A DNA stretch of 32,000 nucleotides from Candidatus Saccharimonadota bacterium (lineage in GTDB: Bacteria > Patescibacteriota > Saccharimonadia > Saccharimonadales > Saccharimonadaceae). The translations under genes were made by a program, and so were the position numbers. The stretch spans positions 1,020,001-1,052,000 of the forward strand of contig NZ_CP045921.1 of NCBI RefSeq assembly GCF_025273655.1, read 5' to 3'. Below are positions 23,761-32,000 of this stretch, piece after piece. Position 1 is the first letter of the stretch. Each line of letters begins with the position of its first letter. The notes beneath the pieces are model-generated. The model was given only the letters and a program-made list of their open reading frames with translations, searched no databases and was not told the origin of the DNA.

Positions 23761-24771
23761 ATGAACATACTCGTCACCGGAGGCGCCGGGTATATCGGCA
23801 GCCACACAGTCGTCAAACTTATCGAGGCAGGCCACACACCTATCGTGGTAGACAATCTCGCCAATAGTAGCGCCGAATCACTCGCACGCGTGGAGCGGAT
23901 AACTGGCACGCGGCCAAAGTTTTATGAAGCCGATGTGCGCAACCGTGAGACACTGGATCGCATTTTCGAAGAGCAATCTATCGATGCCGTTATCCATTTT
24001 GCCGGCCTCAAAGCCGTAGGGGAGAGTGTCGAGAAACCACTTCACTACTACCAAAACAACCTTGATTCCACACTCGTCTTGCTCGACGCCATGCAAGCTC
24101 ACAGTGTCAAAAAACTTGTCTTCAGCTCTAGTGCGACAGTATATGGTACAGCGCAGCCACCCTATACCGAAGACTCGTCGACCGGACATGGCATCACCAA
24201 CCCCTACGGTCAAACAAAATACATGATCGAATGCATACTTACCGATCTTGCAGCAGCCGACTCTTCACTCGAAATCACCACTCTGCGCTACTTCAACCCC
24301 ATCGGCGCGCATCCAAGCGGACTCATCGGCGAGAACCCAAACGGCAGACCAAACAACCTCATGCCCTACATTACACAAGTCGCAGTAGGCAAGCGCGATA
24401 AGCTCGGCGTATTTGGCAGTGATTATGACACTCCCGACGGCACTGGCGTACGCGATTACATCCATGTCGACGACTTGGCCGAAGGTCACCTTGCAGCCCT
24501 CACTCACGGCAAATCTGGCTACACTGCTTATAATCTTGGCACCGGCCAAGGCACATCCGTGTTTGAGCTAATTCATGCGTTCGAGCGAGCATCTGGCCGC
24601 ACAATTCCCTACGATATACTGCCACGACGCGCCGGAGACCTCGCGGAGTCATATGCAAACGTCGAGCGCGCCCACCAGGACTTGGAATGGGCAGCGACCC
24701 GTAGTATCGACGATGCTTGCCGCGACAGCTGGAACTGGCAGTCAAAAAACCCGGATGGCTACAATAACTAG
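23761..24771 (+). CDS. galE: UDP-glucose 4-epimerase
   Basis: MNILVTGGAGYIGSH Rossmann motif; SSSATVYG; catalytic YGQTKY (YxxxK). 336 aa, typical GalE length. Confidence 0.9.
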   Translation: MNILVTGGAGYIGSHTVVKLIEAGHTPIVVDNLANSSAESLARVERITGTRPKFYEADVRNRETLDRIFEEQSIDAVIHFAGLKAVGESVEKPLHYYQNNLDSTLVLLDAMQAHSVKKLVFSSSATVYGTAQPPYTEDSSTGHGITNPYGQTKYMIECILTDLAAADSSLEITTLRYFNPIGAHPSGLIGENPNGRPNNLMPYITQVAVGKRDKLGVFGSDYDTPDGTGVRDYIHVDDLAEGHLAALTHGKSGYTAYNLGTGQGTSVFELIHAFERASGRTIPYDILPRRAGDLAESYANVERAHQDLEWAATRSIDDACRDSWNWQSKNPDGYNN

Positions 24772-24808
24772 ATTGTTGTAGCATTTACACAAGTCCATAT
24801 TTGCCTTT

Positions 24809-25862
<1,054 letters not shown>

Positions 25863-25863
25863 T

Positions 25864-26412
25864 ATGACAAGCTGGCAGACCAAATCTTCAAAAATCGTCT
25901 ACGAGAATCCATGGATGGTAGTACATGAAGATCAAGTGGTAATGCCAAACGGCAAAGATGGAGTTTACGGCTACGTAGAGTCGAAAAGTGATAGTGTTAT
26001 CGTCGTACCCATCGATGACGATAACAACACATATATCATTCAGCTACAGCGCTACACGAAACCTAATCCGACCTGGGAAACAATTGCTGGACGCACGGAC
26101 AACGAAAGCTACGAAGAGGCAGGAGCCAGAGAGCTCTTTGAAGAAGCCGGTGTCCGCGCCGACACAATCACGCTACTTAGCGAAGTGCACATGTCTTCGG
26201 GTATGACCAAGTTCAAAAGTGGCGTTTGTATCGCCACAGGCCTGGCAAAAGTATCGGAAGACCTCGATCAAGCAGATGGTATCATGACAGCACGCAAGCT
26301 TCCCCTGTTCGAAGTCCGCGACATGATTCTGCGCGGTGAGATTACAAGCGGCTCTACAATTACTGCAATTCTGCTCGTTATCGCACACCTAGAGAAAGAA
26401 GGAAGATTATAA
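25864..26412 (+). CDS. Nudix hydrolase (ADP-ribose/nucleotide-sugar pyrophosphatase-like), paralog 1
   Basis: The true start is ATG 25864, with an AAGGA ribosome-binding site; the track ORF from 25720 overlaps rfbB. Nudix box GRTDNESYEEAGARELFEEAGV. Confidence 0.8.
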   Translation: MTSWQTKSSKIVYENPWMVVHEDQVVMPNGKDGVYGYVESKSDSVIVVPIDDDNNTYIIQLQRYTKPNPTWETIAGRTDNESYEEAGARELFEEAGVRADTITLLSEVHMSSGMTKFKSGVCIATGLAKVSEDLDQADGIMTARKLPLFEVRDMILRGEITSGSTITAILLVIAHLEKEGRL

Positions 26413-26960
26413 TGCGCACCGACAAACCCTGGAAAATCCTCGGTTCGGAGATTAAATACAAAAACCCATGGATGCAGATCCGCGAAGACAAAGTAATTAC
26501 ACCCCTAGGCACTGAGGGTATTTACGGTGTCATGGAGTCAAACGATTCCGTCATGATAGCAGTAGTGAATGACAAGTGTGAATTATATCTCGTACGCACT
26601 TTCGCCTACCCGGCTCAGAGTTGGAACTGGGAACTGCCAGGTGGCGGTGGCGATCAGCAAGAGCCCATAGAAGCGAGTAAGCGAGAACTTGAAGAGGAAA
26701 CAGGCATCCTGGCAAGTTCATGGGAACTTCTCGGTAAGACCCGCGTATGCAACGGCTTCATGACAGAACATATGGCAGTCTATCTGGCGCGAGACTTATC
26801 ATTCACCGGAGAGAAAGAGGTTTCAACCGAGCAGATTGACGAAGCTAAGTTCTTCACTATGCAGCAGATTGATACCATGATTGAGTCAGGGGATATCAAC
26901 GATGCACAAAGTATCACAGGCATACACCTGGTACAGAAATGGATTGCGCGAAATGTTTGA
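26412..26960 (+). CDS. Nudix hydrolase, paralog 2
   Basis: The start overlaps the upstream stop (TAATG). Nudix box GGGGDQQEPIEASKRELEEETGI. The N-terminus (EIKYKNPWMQIREDKVITPLGTEGIYGVMES) is collinear with paralog 1. Confidence 0.8.
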   Translation: MRTDKPWKILGSEIKYKNPWMQIREDKVITPLGTEGIYGVMESNDSVMIAVVNDKCELYLVRTFAYPAQSWNWELPGGGGDQQEPIEASKRELEEETGILASSWELLGKTRVCNGFMTEHMAVYLARDLSFTGEKEVSTEQIDEAKFFTMQQIDTMIESGDINDAQSITGIHLVQKWIARNV

Positions 26961-27486
26961 GCACGAAGAAGCCGAACTATTAGATGTCGTCAACGACCAC
27001 GATGAAGTAATCGATTCGATTCATCGTGGTGACATGATGACCCTGCGCGACACGCCAGGTCGTTACCTGCGTGTTATTGAGCTGTTCCTACAACGCCCAA
27101 ACGATGACATCTACTTGCCGCGTCGCTCCCCGCACAAAAAGATATTCCCTGGCTCACTCGACCATAGTGCTGCCGGCCATATGAACCGCGGTGAGTCGTA
27201 TGAACAAGCGCTGGTACGTGAAGTTCACGAAGAGCTTGGCATCGAAACTACACCAGAGGATTTTGAGTTCATCCACAAATTTTCACCAAGCGAAGAGTTA
27301 TTTTACTTCCGCCAGTTCTACCTATTGCGCACAGATCAAGAGCCTCAACTCAGCCCAGAACACACCGAAGCCGTCTGGCTGCCACCACACGAACTCCAGG
27401 CCTACATCGAACATGACGTACCGGCCAAGCAGACTATTTACGAGGATATACCTATACTGATTGCCTTTCTTGATGAGTTATCTTAA
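26953..27486 (+). CDS. Nudix hydrolase (IDI-like subgroup), third in tandem
   Basis: The start is taken at ATG 26953, overlapping the upstream stop (ATGTTTGA). Nudix box GHMNRGESYEQALVREVHEELGI. Confidence 0.75.
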   Translation: MFEHEEAELLDVVNDHDEVIDSIHRGDMMTLRDTPGRYLRVIELFLQRPNDDIYLPRRSPHKKIFPGSLDHSAAGHMNRGESYEQALVREVHEELGIETTPEDFEFIHKFSPSEELFYFRQFYLLRTDQEPQLSPEHTEAVWLPPHELQAYIEHDVPAKQTIYEDIPILIAFLDELS

Positions 27487-27514
27487 TATCAAGGATAGGT
27501 TTACGGGGGCTAGA

Positions 27515-28057
27515 ATGAATAAAAAAATATTACTAGGCATCGCAGCAGTGCTGGTAACGTGTATGATTTCAATAACAATGCTATTTGTTCTGCCCTATCG
27601 AGATAAGGTATCAAACCAAACAGCGCAGCTCACAACAGAAGACAACAGCAAGGACAAACCCGAGCGTGTCACAACTAATGATGCCGCGGTAGATGGTCAA
27701 AGTACCGTGGGGTACTTGCTGATTCCTGATTTTAATTTGAAAATAAAGATGCGTGACAGTGATAAAATCACATACAGCCATGAAACATTTGACGAGCCGC
27801 GAGCAAATTTCAAAGATGAGTCAATACAGTATAATACTTCCATAGAACCGGTCGTAAAATCAGAATATCTAGTTAAAAAATCATGCTCTGATCAACTGAG
27901 TGTATCGTTAACATTCCTGTTTGATGAGGGTCAAGTAAGTAATCTGGATATTGGTGGGTCACCCTACTATTGCTCAGATGACCCAAACGATATTGCTCTG
28001 TGGAATAGAGTACTGGAGGATTTTCGAATCGAAAATATTTCCAAAATTAAATCCTAA
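27515..28057 (+). CDS. Hypothetical N-terminally membrane-anchored/secreted protein
   Basis: The start is taken at ATG 27515 (MNKKILLGIAAVLVTCMISITMLFVL), preceded by GGGGG. I recognise no family. The gene is AT-rich. Confidence 0.5.
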   Translation: MNKKILLGIAAVLVTCMISITMLFVLPYRDKVSNQTAQLTTEDNSKDKPERVTTNDAAVDGQSTVGYLLIPDFNLKIKMRDSDKITYSHETFDEPRANFKDESIQYNTSIEPVVKSEYLVKKSCSDQLSVSLTFLFDEGQVSNLDIGGSPYYCSDDPNDIALWNRVLEDFRIENISKIKS

Positions 28058-28116
28058 AATTCTATAGTAAAGCGTATATGATTAGATCTAGATACTAATA
28101 CTTCAGAGGATTACAT

Positions 28117-28707
28117 ATGAACAAACACGGGTATATTTACACGATTATCACCTTCACGTGTATAGTCCTAGCGGGCATATCAATATATTTTCAACAACAG
28201 CTTGCAGCGGCGAGGCAGGAAAATAGCAACCTTAAGGGTAAAATCTCCAAGTTTCAAGCAGAGACGGTGGCACCAGATCAAAAAGAGTCACCGTCAGCAG
28301 ATACCGCGTCTCAATATGTAGATATCCCAGTCATACATGCCCGCTATCCAATAACCCCTCAAAACGAATCGCTTCTCTATGCCTACCGAGCTATATCTTC
28401 CGATTCGAGTGCAGGATCCATACTTTTCACCAACACCAAACTTGCTCACGCACAAGATAGCCACAAAGAAGATTATGAATTCCCCTGTGGACTGTTTGGT
28501 AGAGCCAATCCACGTATCATGTATTATCAGACAGACACAGTTACTGTCGTCGGACAAGCAAGTAAGATTGGTAAGAAAGTTGGTGATCACTATTACGTTT
28601 ACTCATACCCTCAAGCAGTCTGTAGCGACCTCTTTGTCAGTGAGCAGAATGAACTGTCGGCTACCGTAAAGGCCGTTTTCGACAGCCTCGAGCCGCTAGA
28701 TCAGTAG
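28117..28707 (+). CDS. Hypothetical N-terminally membrane-anchored protein
   Basis: AGAGGA ribosome-binding site. MNKHGYIYTIITFTCIVLAGISIYF TM helix followed by a short coiled-coil-like QQQLAAARQENSNLKGKISKFQAE. I recognise no family. The gene is AT-rich. Confidence 0.5.
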   Translation: MNKHGYIYTIITFTCIVLAGISIYFQQQLAAARQENSNLKGKISKFQAETVAPDQKESPSADTASQYVDIPVIHARYPITPQNESLLYAYRAISSDSSAGSILFTNTKLAHAQDSHKEDYEFPCGLFGRANPRIMYYQTDTVTVVGQASKIGKKVGDHYYVYSYPQAVCSDLFVSEQNELSATVKAVFDSLEPLDQ

Positions 28708-28761
28708 AAATCTCCCTACGTTTTTGTATAGTATACTTAAATGAGAAATAGGGGAGATTAT

Positions 28762-31428
28762 ATGAAGAAGCGTTACGGATTATTACCGATAGGACTACTT
28801 GTGGGTATTCTATATGGTGCCGCATTATTACCAGTAGCTCACGCCGCCACCTGCACGCAGACCGTTACCAATACTAATAACTCAGGTGCGGGCTCGCTTC
28901 GCCAAGCTATCACCAGCGCCAACTCTGGCTCCAATGCAGACTACATCTGCTTCTCGATAGGTAGTGGTGCACAGACTATCGCCCCTACCACCTCACTCCC
29001 TCCGCTCAATCAGCCTGTCACGATAGATGGCACTACCCAGCCTGGCTGGACGAGTGCGCCAATTATCGAAATCAATGCCGGAGGCACTAGTGATAGTAAT
29101 CCTGGCTTATGGATCAACACGTCGAATAGTACACTTCGTGGGCTCGTAATCAATCGCGCCAAGGGCAACGGTGTCATGATCACTGGCGGTGGTGGTAATA
29201 CAGTTGCTGGCAACTATATCGGCATCGGTCTCGATGGCACCACTAAGCTTGGAAACCAAGTCGACGGCGTCGGTATGATTACCGCCAACAACACCATCGG
29301 TGGCACCACAGTGGCCGATCGCAATGTCATATCCGGCAACGCTGCTAATGGTATCGGCATCACCAACCAGGCTGCCACCGGTAACAAAATCATCGGTAAC
29401 TACGCTGGTACTAACGCTGCCGGCACAGCTGCCATCCCCAACTACGGAGATGCTATCCTACTGAACAACAGCCAACACAACGACATAGGCGGCACGACCG
29501 GCACCACACCCGGTGGCGCATGCACCGGCTCATGTAACCTGTTCTCCGGCAATACCCACAACGGCATAGGATTCTACCTAGCAGACAACAACTCCGTGAA
29601 AGGCAATTTCGTCGGGCTCAACGCAAGCGGCACCAGTGCGGTACCAAACGACGACATCGGCATCGAGTCCCAAGAAGCTGCCGGTATCACCATCGGCAAT
29701 GCAACCGCCGCTGGACGCAATGTGATCTCGGGCAACAAGGGCGCCGGTATCCTGCTCACTGGTAGTGCCACCACTGGTAACGTCGTAGCAGGCAATTTCG
29801 TCGGCACCAACTCCGCTGGTACTGGTGCTGTCGGTAACTACAGTATCGGCATTAGCGTCGGTAACTCACCGGGCCTGGGCAACGGCTACGCACGAAACAA
29901 CACTATTGGCGGCACGGTTGACGCAGCCATACCATGTAGCGCAGCATCAACGCCATGTAATGTCATCTCAGGTAACGGCCAAAACGGTATGATTCTATCT
30001 GGTGGATCAGGGACTGGCAATCTCGTGCTCAGTAACCATATCGGTCTCGACATCAACGGCGCGTCAAACGCCAATGTGCGCAACGGTATGGACGGTATTG
30101 GGATCCTCAATTCGCCCAACAACACTATCGGCAATGACCTGGGCACTGGTCGCAACTACATCGGTGCCAATGGTGGAGCTGGTATCGTAACAGCAGGCGA
30201 CGCTACCGATACCAACACAATCGCTGGCAATTATATCGGCCGTACCCGCGACGGCTACTCGGGCAATGCACAGGGTGGTGTGGTGCTATGGGGCGGCTAC
30301 AATATCGCCATCGTCGGCAACTCGATCGGTGAAAACGGTGGCTATGGTATAGATATCGACGGTAACAAGGTCAGCCAGAATGATGCGGGTGACGGAGATG
30401 CCGGCGTGAATCACCATCAGAACTTCCCCGATGTATACTCGGTACGCAACAACGTCGGTTCGTCGACCACTACCACTGTGAGCGGTATGATGAGTAGTGC
30501 GCCAAACAAACAATACCGCATAGACTTCTTCAACAGCGCAGGCTGCAACGCAGGTAAGCCAGACAACTACGGCGAGGGTAATTCATATGTCGGCTCACAG
30601 ATTGTCGGCACCGACCAGTTTGGCAATATCTCATTCTCATACCAAACCCCCACAACACTGCCGGGCAACACATATCTCACCACTACTGCTACGCTCATGG
30701 ACGGTTCGTCGCCACGAGAAACCTCCGAGTTTTCCAAATGTCGCGTTGTTAACGCCTCCAAGCCTGCCGTGTCAAATGGTGCCAACTGGCTACTCAAAGA
30801 CGATCTCACCGAGGGTGTACAGGATCAGCAGTTTGGCTATGGATTCCCGCCCAACATGCTACTGTGCGCGTGGGATCCCGCCAAACCAGGCACTAAGCTA
30901 CCAGTGGTAGTATCTGGCAACACGTGGTTTTTCCGTGCTAGCTACACTACGGGTGTCGCCGACAAGGTTGTGTCGTACGGCCCCGCCAACGGCAAACCAG
31001 TCTGTGGTGACTGGAATGGCGACGGGATCGACACCATCGGCATGGTCGACCCCGCCATGCGCTGGACACTCCGTAACAGCAACGACGGTGGCCCAGCCAA
31101 TGCCGATTTCCAGTATGGCGGTGCGGGTATCCCTGTCGTCGGTGACTGGAATGGCGACGGCCGTGACACCATCGGCGTGTTCGAAACCGACACTAGCTCT
31201 TGGCGACTGCGCAACGAAAACAACTCCGGCGTACCAGACTATTCGTTCCAGTACGGCGGCCTCGGCACCTACCCGGTCGTCGGCAACTGGAACGGCGGTA
31301 GTTCCGACGGGATCGGCACCTACAACCCGGGCAACGGCGAGTGGTCGCTCCGCAACACGCTCAGTGGCGGCCCCGTCAATACACACTACTACTTCGGCCA
31401 GTCAAACCCCCGACCGATGATCTGGTAG
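28762..31428 (+). CDS. Large secreted protein: signal peptide, CSLREA-like N-terminus, ~450 aa of right-handed parallel beta-helix repeats and C-terminal FG-GAP/VCBS-like repeats
   Basis: GGGGAG ribosome-binding site, start MKKRYGLLPIGLLVGILYGAALLPVAHA|ATC. GAGSLRQAITSAN; many GN.I.GN...GI repeats (NVISGNAANGIGI, NVISGNKGAGILL, NVISGNGQNGMIL). Three ~47-aa C-terminal repeats carry GDWNGDGIDTIG / GDWNGDGRDTIG / GNWNGGSSDGIG. Confidence 0.75.
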   Translation: MKKRYGLLPIGLLVGILYGAALLPVAHAATCTQTVTNTNNSGAGSLRQAITSANSGSNADYICFSIGSGAQTIAPTTSLPPLNQPVTIDGTTQPGWTSAPIIEINAGGTSDSNPGLWINTSNSTLRGLVINRAKGNGVMITGGGGNTVAGNYIGIGLDGTTKLGNQVDGVGMITANNTIGGTTVADRNVISGNAANGIGITNQAATGNKIIGNYAGTNAAGTAAIPNYGDAILLNNSQHNDIGGTTGTTPGGACTGSCNLFSGNTHNGIGFYLADNNSVKGNFVGLNASGTSAVPNDDIGIESQEAAGITIGNATAAGRNVISGNKGAGILLTGSATTGNVVAGNFVGTNSAGTGAVGNYSIGISVGNSPGLGNGYARNNTIGGTVDAAIPCSAASTPCNVISGNGQNGMILSGGSGTGNLVLSNHIGLDINGASNANVRNGMDGIGILNSPNNTIGNDLGTGRNYIGANGGAGIVTAGDATDTNTIAGNYIGRTRDGYSGNAQGGVVLWGGYNIAIVGNSIGENGGYGIDIDGNKVSQNDAGDGDAGVNHHQNFPDVYSVRNNVGSSTTTTVSGMMSSAPNKQYRIDFFNSAGCNAGKPDNYGEGNSYVGSQIVGTDQFGNISFSYQTPTTLPGNTYLTTTATLMDGSSPRETSEFSKCRVVNASKPAVSNGANWLLKDDLTEGVQDQQFGYGFPPNMLLCAWDPAKPGTKLPVVVSGNTWFFRASYTTGVADKVVSYGPANGKPVCGDWNGDGIDTIGMVDPAMRWTLRNSNDGGPANADFQYGGAGIPVVGDWNGDGRDTIGVFETDTSSWRLRNENNSGVPDYSFQYGGLGTYPVVGNWNGGSSDGIGTYNPGNGEWSLRNTLSGGPVNTHYYFGQSNPRPMIW

Positions 31429-31441
31429 TTACGCACAGAGA

Positions 31442-31978
31442 TTAGTTTGCCGCCAAAAACATATCTACGATACGAGGAATCATGATCCTATGATGAGTGA
31501 TAGTGCGCTCCGGAAGCGCGTCAACTGGCCAAAATTTTCCTTCTTGTATCTCGTCGTCGCTGACATCAGTTACGAAATAAAACATGTGATTTAGTTCTTT
31601 TGCACGCCTGGAATCACCAAAACGAAGCCCCGCATACTCAATCTCGTCTATAGGCTTGACGACTCCATGCATTTCATCACGTAGCACTCTTTCCCTACAA
31701 CTTGGGAAGTCCTGTCCTTCGGCATCCGATGCCCGAATTATCGTGCCAGTCATGTGCCATTCGCCCGGCCAGAAAGGATCATCTTTTGGACGCTGAGTCA
31801 GGAGTACTTCAGTGATACCCTGATTTACACGTATAGCCAAGAGCTCGTATGACGGCTGTGTTATCTTGGCGCTCACGGCGATAAACAAGTCGAAAGGAAG
31901 GTATCCTCGCGGCAATCTATTGAGCGTGTCTACCGCTTGACTAATCTCTTCATTGCTAGGTCGGTTTGTAGTGTCCAT
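31442..31978 (-). CDS. Nudix-fold protein with a degenerate Nudix box
   Basis: The ORF runs to TTG 31993. I prefer ATG 31978 (MDTTNRPS). WPGEWHMTGTIIRASDAEGQDFPSCRERVLRDEMHGV resembles G-x5-E-x7-REUxEExGU, but with the EE positions changed to DE and M/H. Confidence 0.55.
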   Translation of the reverse strand: MDTTNRPSNEEISQAVDTLNRLPRGYLPFDLFIAVSAKITQPSYELLAIRVNQGITEVLLTQRPKDDPFWPGEWHMTGTIIRASDAEGQDFPSCRERVLRDEMHGVVKPIDEIEYAGLRFGDSRRAKELNHMFYFVTDVSDDEIQEGKFWPVDALPERTITHHRIMIPRIVDMFLAAN

Positions 31979-31984
31979 AATGAT

Positions 31985-31990
31985 ATAATA
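31985..31990 (-). promoter_or_regulatory. -10-like TATTAT 6 nt upstream of ATG 31978 (leaderless geometry)
   Basis: The minus strand reads ccttgTATTATatcattATGgac. Confidence 0.35.
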
Positions 31991-32000
31991 CAAGGAGCAT

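Noticed and set aside
30898-31420. 161-162-aa ORFs on both strands inside the beta-helix protein gene
   Set aside because: They are created by the GC-rich, periodically repeated FG-GAP-like coding sequence. The in-frame product has clear repeat motifs, a signal peptide and a ribosome-binding site; the alternatives have none.

Overview
This is a gene-dense bacterial window using the standard genetic code (TGA is a stop). It splits at a tRNA-Asn(GTT) gene (14843-14917, minus strand) into two parts that look compositionally different by eye. The left part (1-14.8 kb) is AT-richer and accessory-like. It carries a complete type I restriction-modification operon, hsdM-hsdS-hsdR, on the minus strand; hsdR runs off the left edge and is missing from the ORF track. 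Diverging from it is a plus-strand phage-like operon: a 246-aa unknown protein, a ParB-domain::DNA methyltransferase fusion, an HTH small-terminase-like protein and a large terminase. No portal, capsid, tail or lysis genes follow. Next come a 105-aa unknown protein, a convergent GIY-YIG/DUF4357 nuclease and a large serine recombinase. An ArsR-regulated P1B-type ATPase operon with non-canonical catalytic motifs completes the left part. The 282-bp gap next to the tRNA holds a decayed second copy of the tRNA 3' half, a terminator-like hairpin and a 61-nt imperfect hairpin. The right part (15-32 kb) has higher GC and encodes cell-envelope and nucleotide-sugar functions. These are a Pro-rich membrane protein, a LexA-DBD-only regulator, an O-antigen-ligase-like protein, a WbaP-like sugar transferase, a GT4 glycosyltransferase, glmS, a cytidylyltransferase-fold protein, galE and rfbB. 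They are followed by three tandem Nudix hydrolases, two AT-rich membrane-anchored unknowns, an 888-aa secreted beta-helix/FG-GAP-like protein and a fourth Nudix-like gene. The best candidate for something undescribed is the terminase + ParB-methylase + GIY-YIG/DUF4357 + serine recombinase module attached to the type IC R-M operon, which lacks any head genes. Other notable signals are a 12-bp tandem repeat and a (CT)6 tract in hsdS, and a recurrent leaderless promoter layout (-10 hexamer 6-8 nt before the ATG). No CRISPR array, rRNA or transposase was seen. The organism cannot be determined from sequence alone; the compact gene packing is compatible with a small-genome bacterium such as a Saccharibacteria/CPR lineage, but that is a guess.
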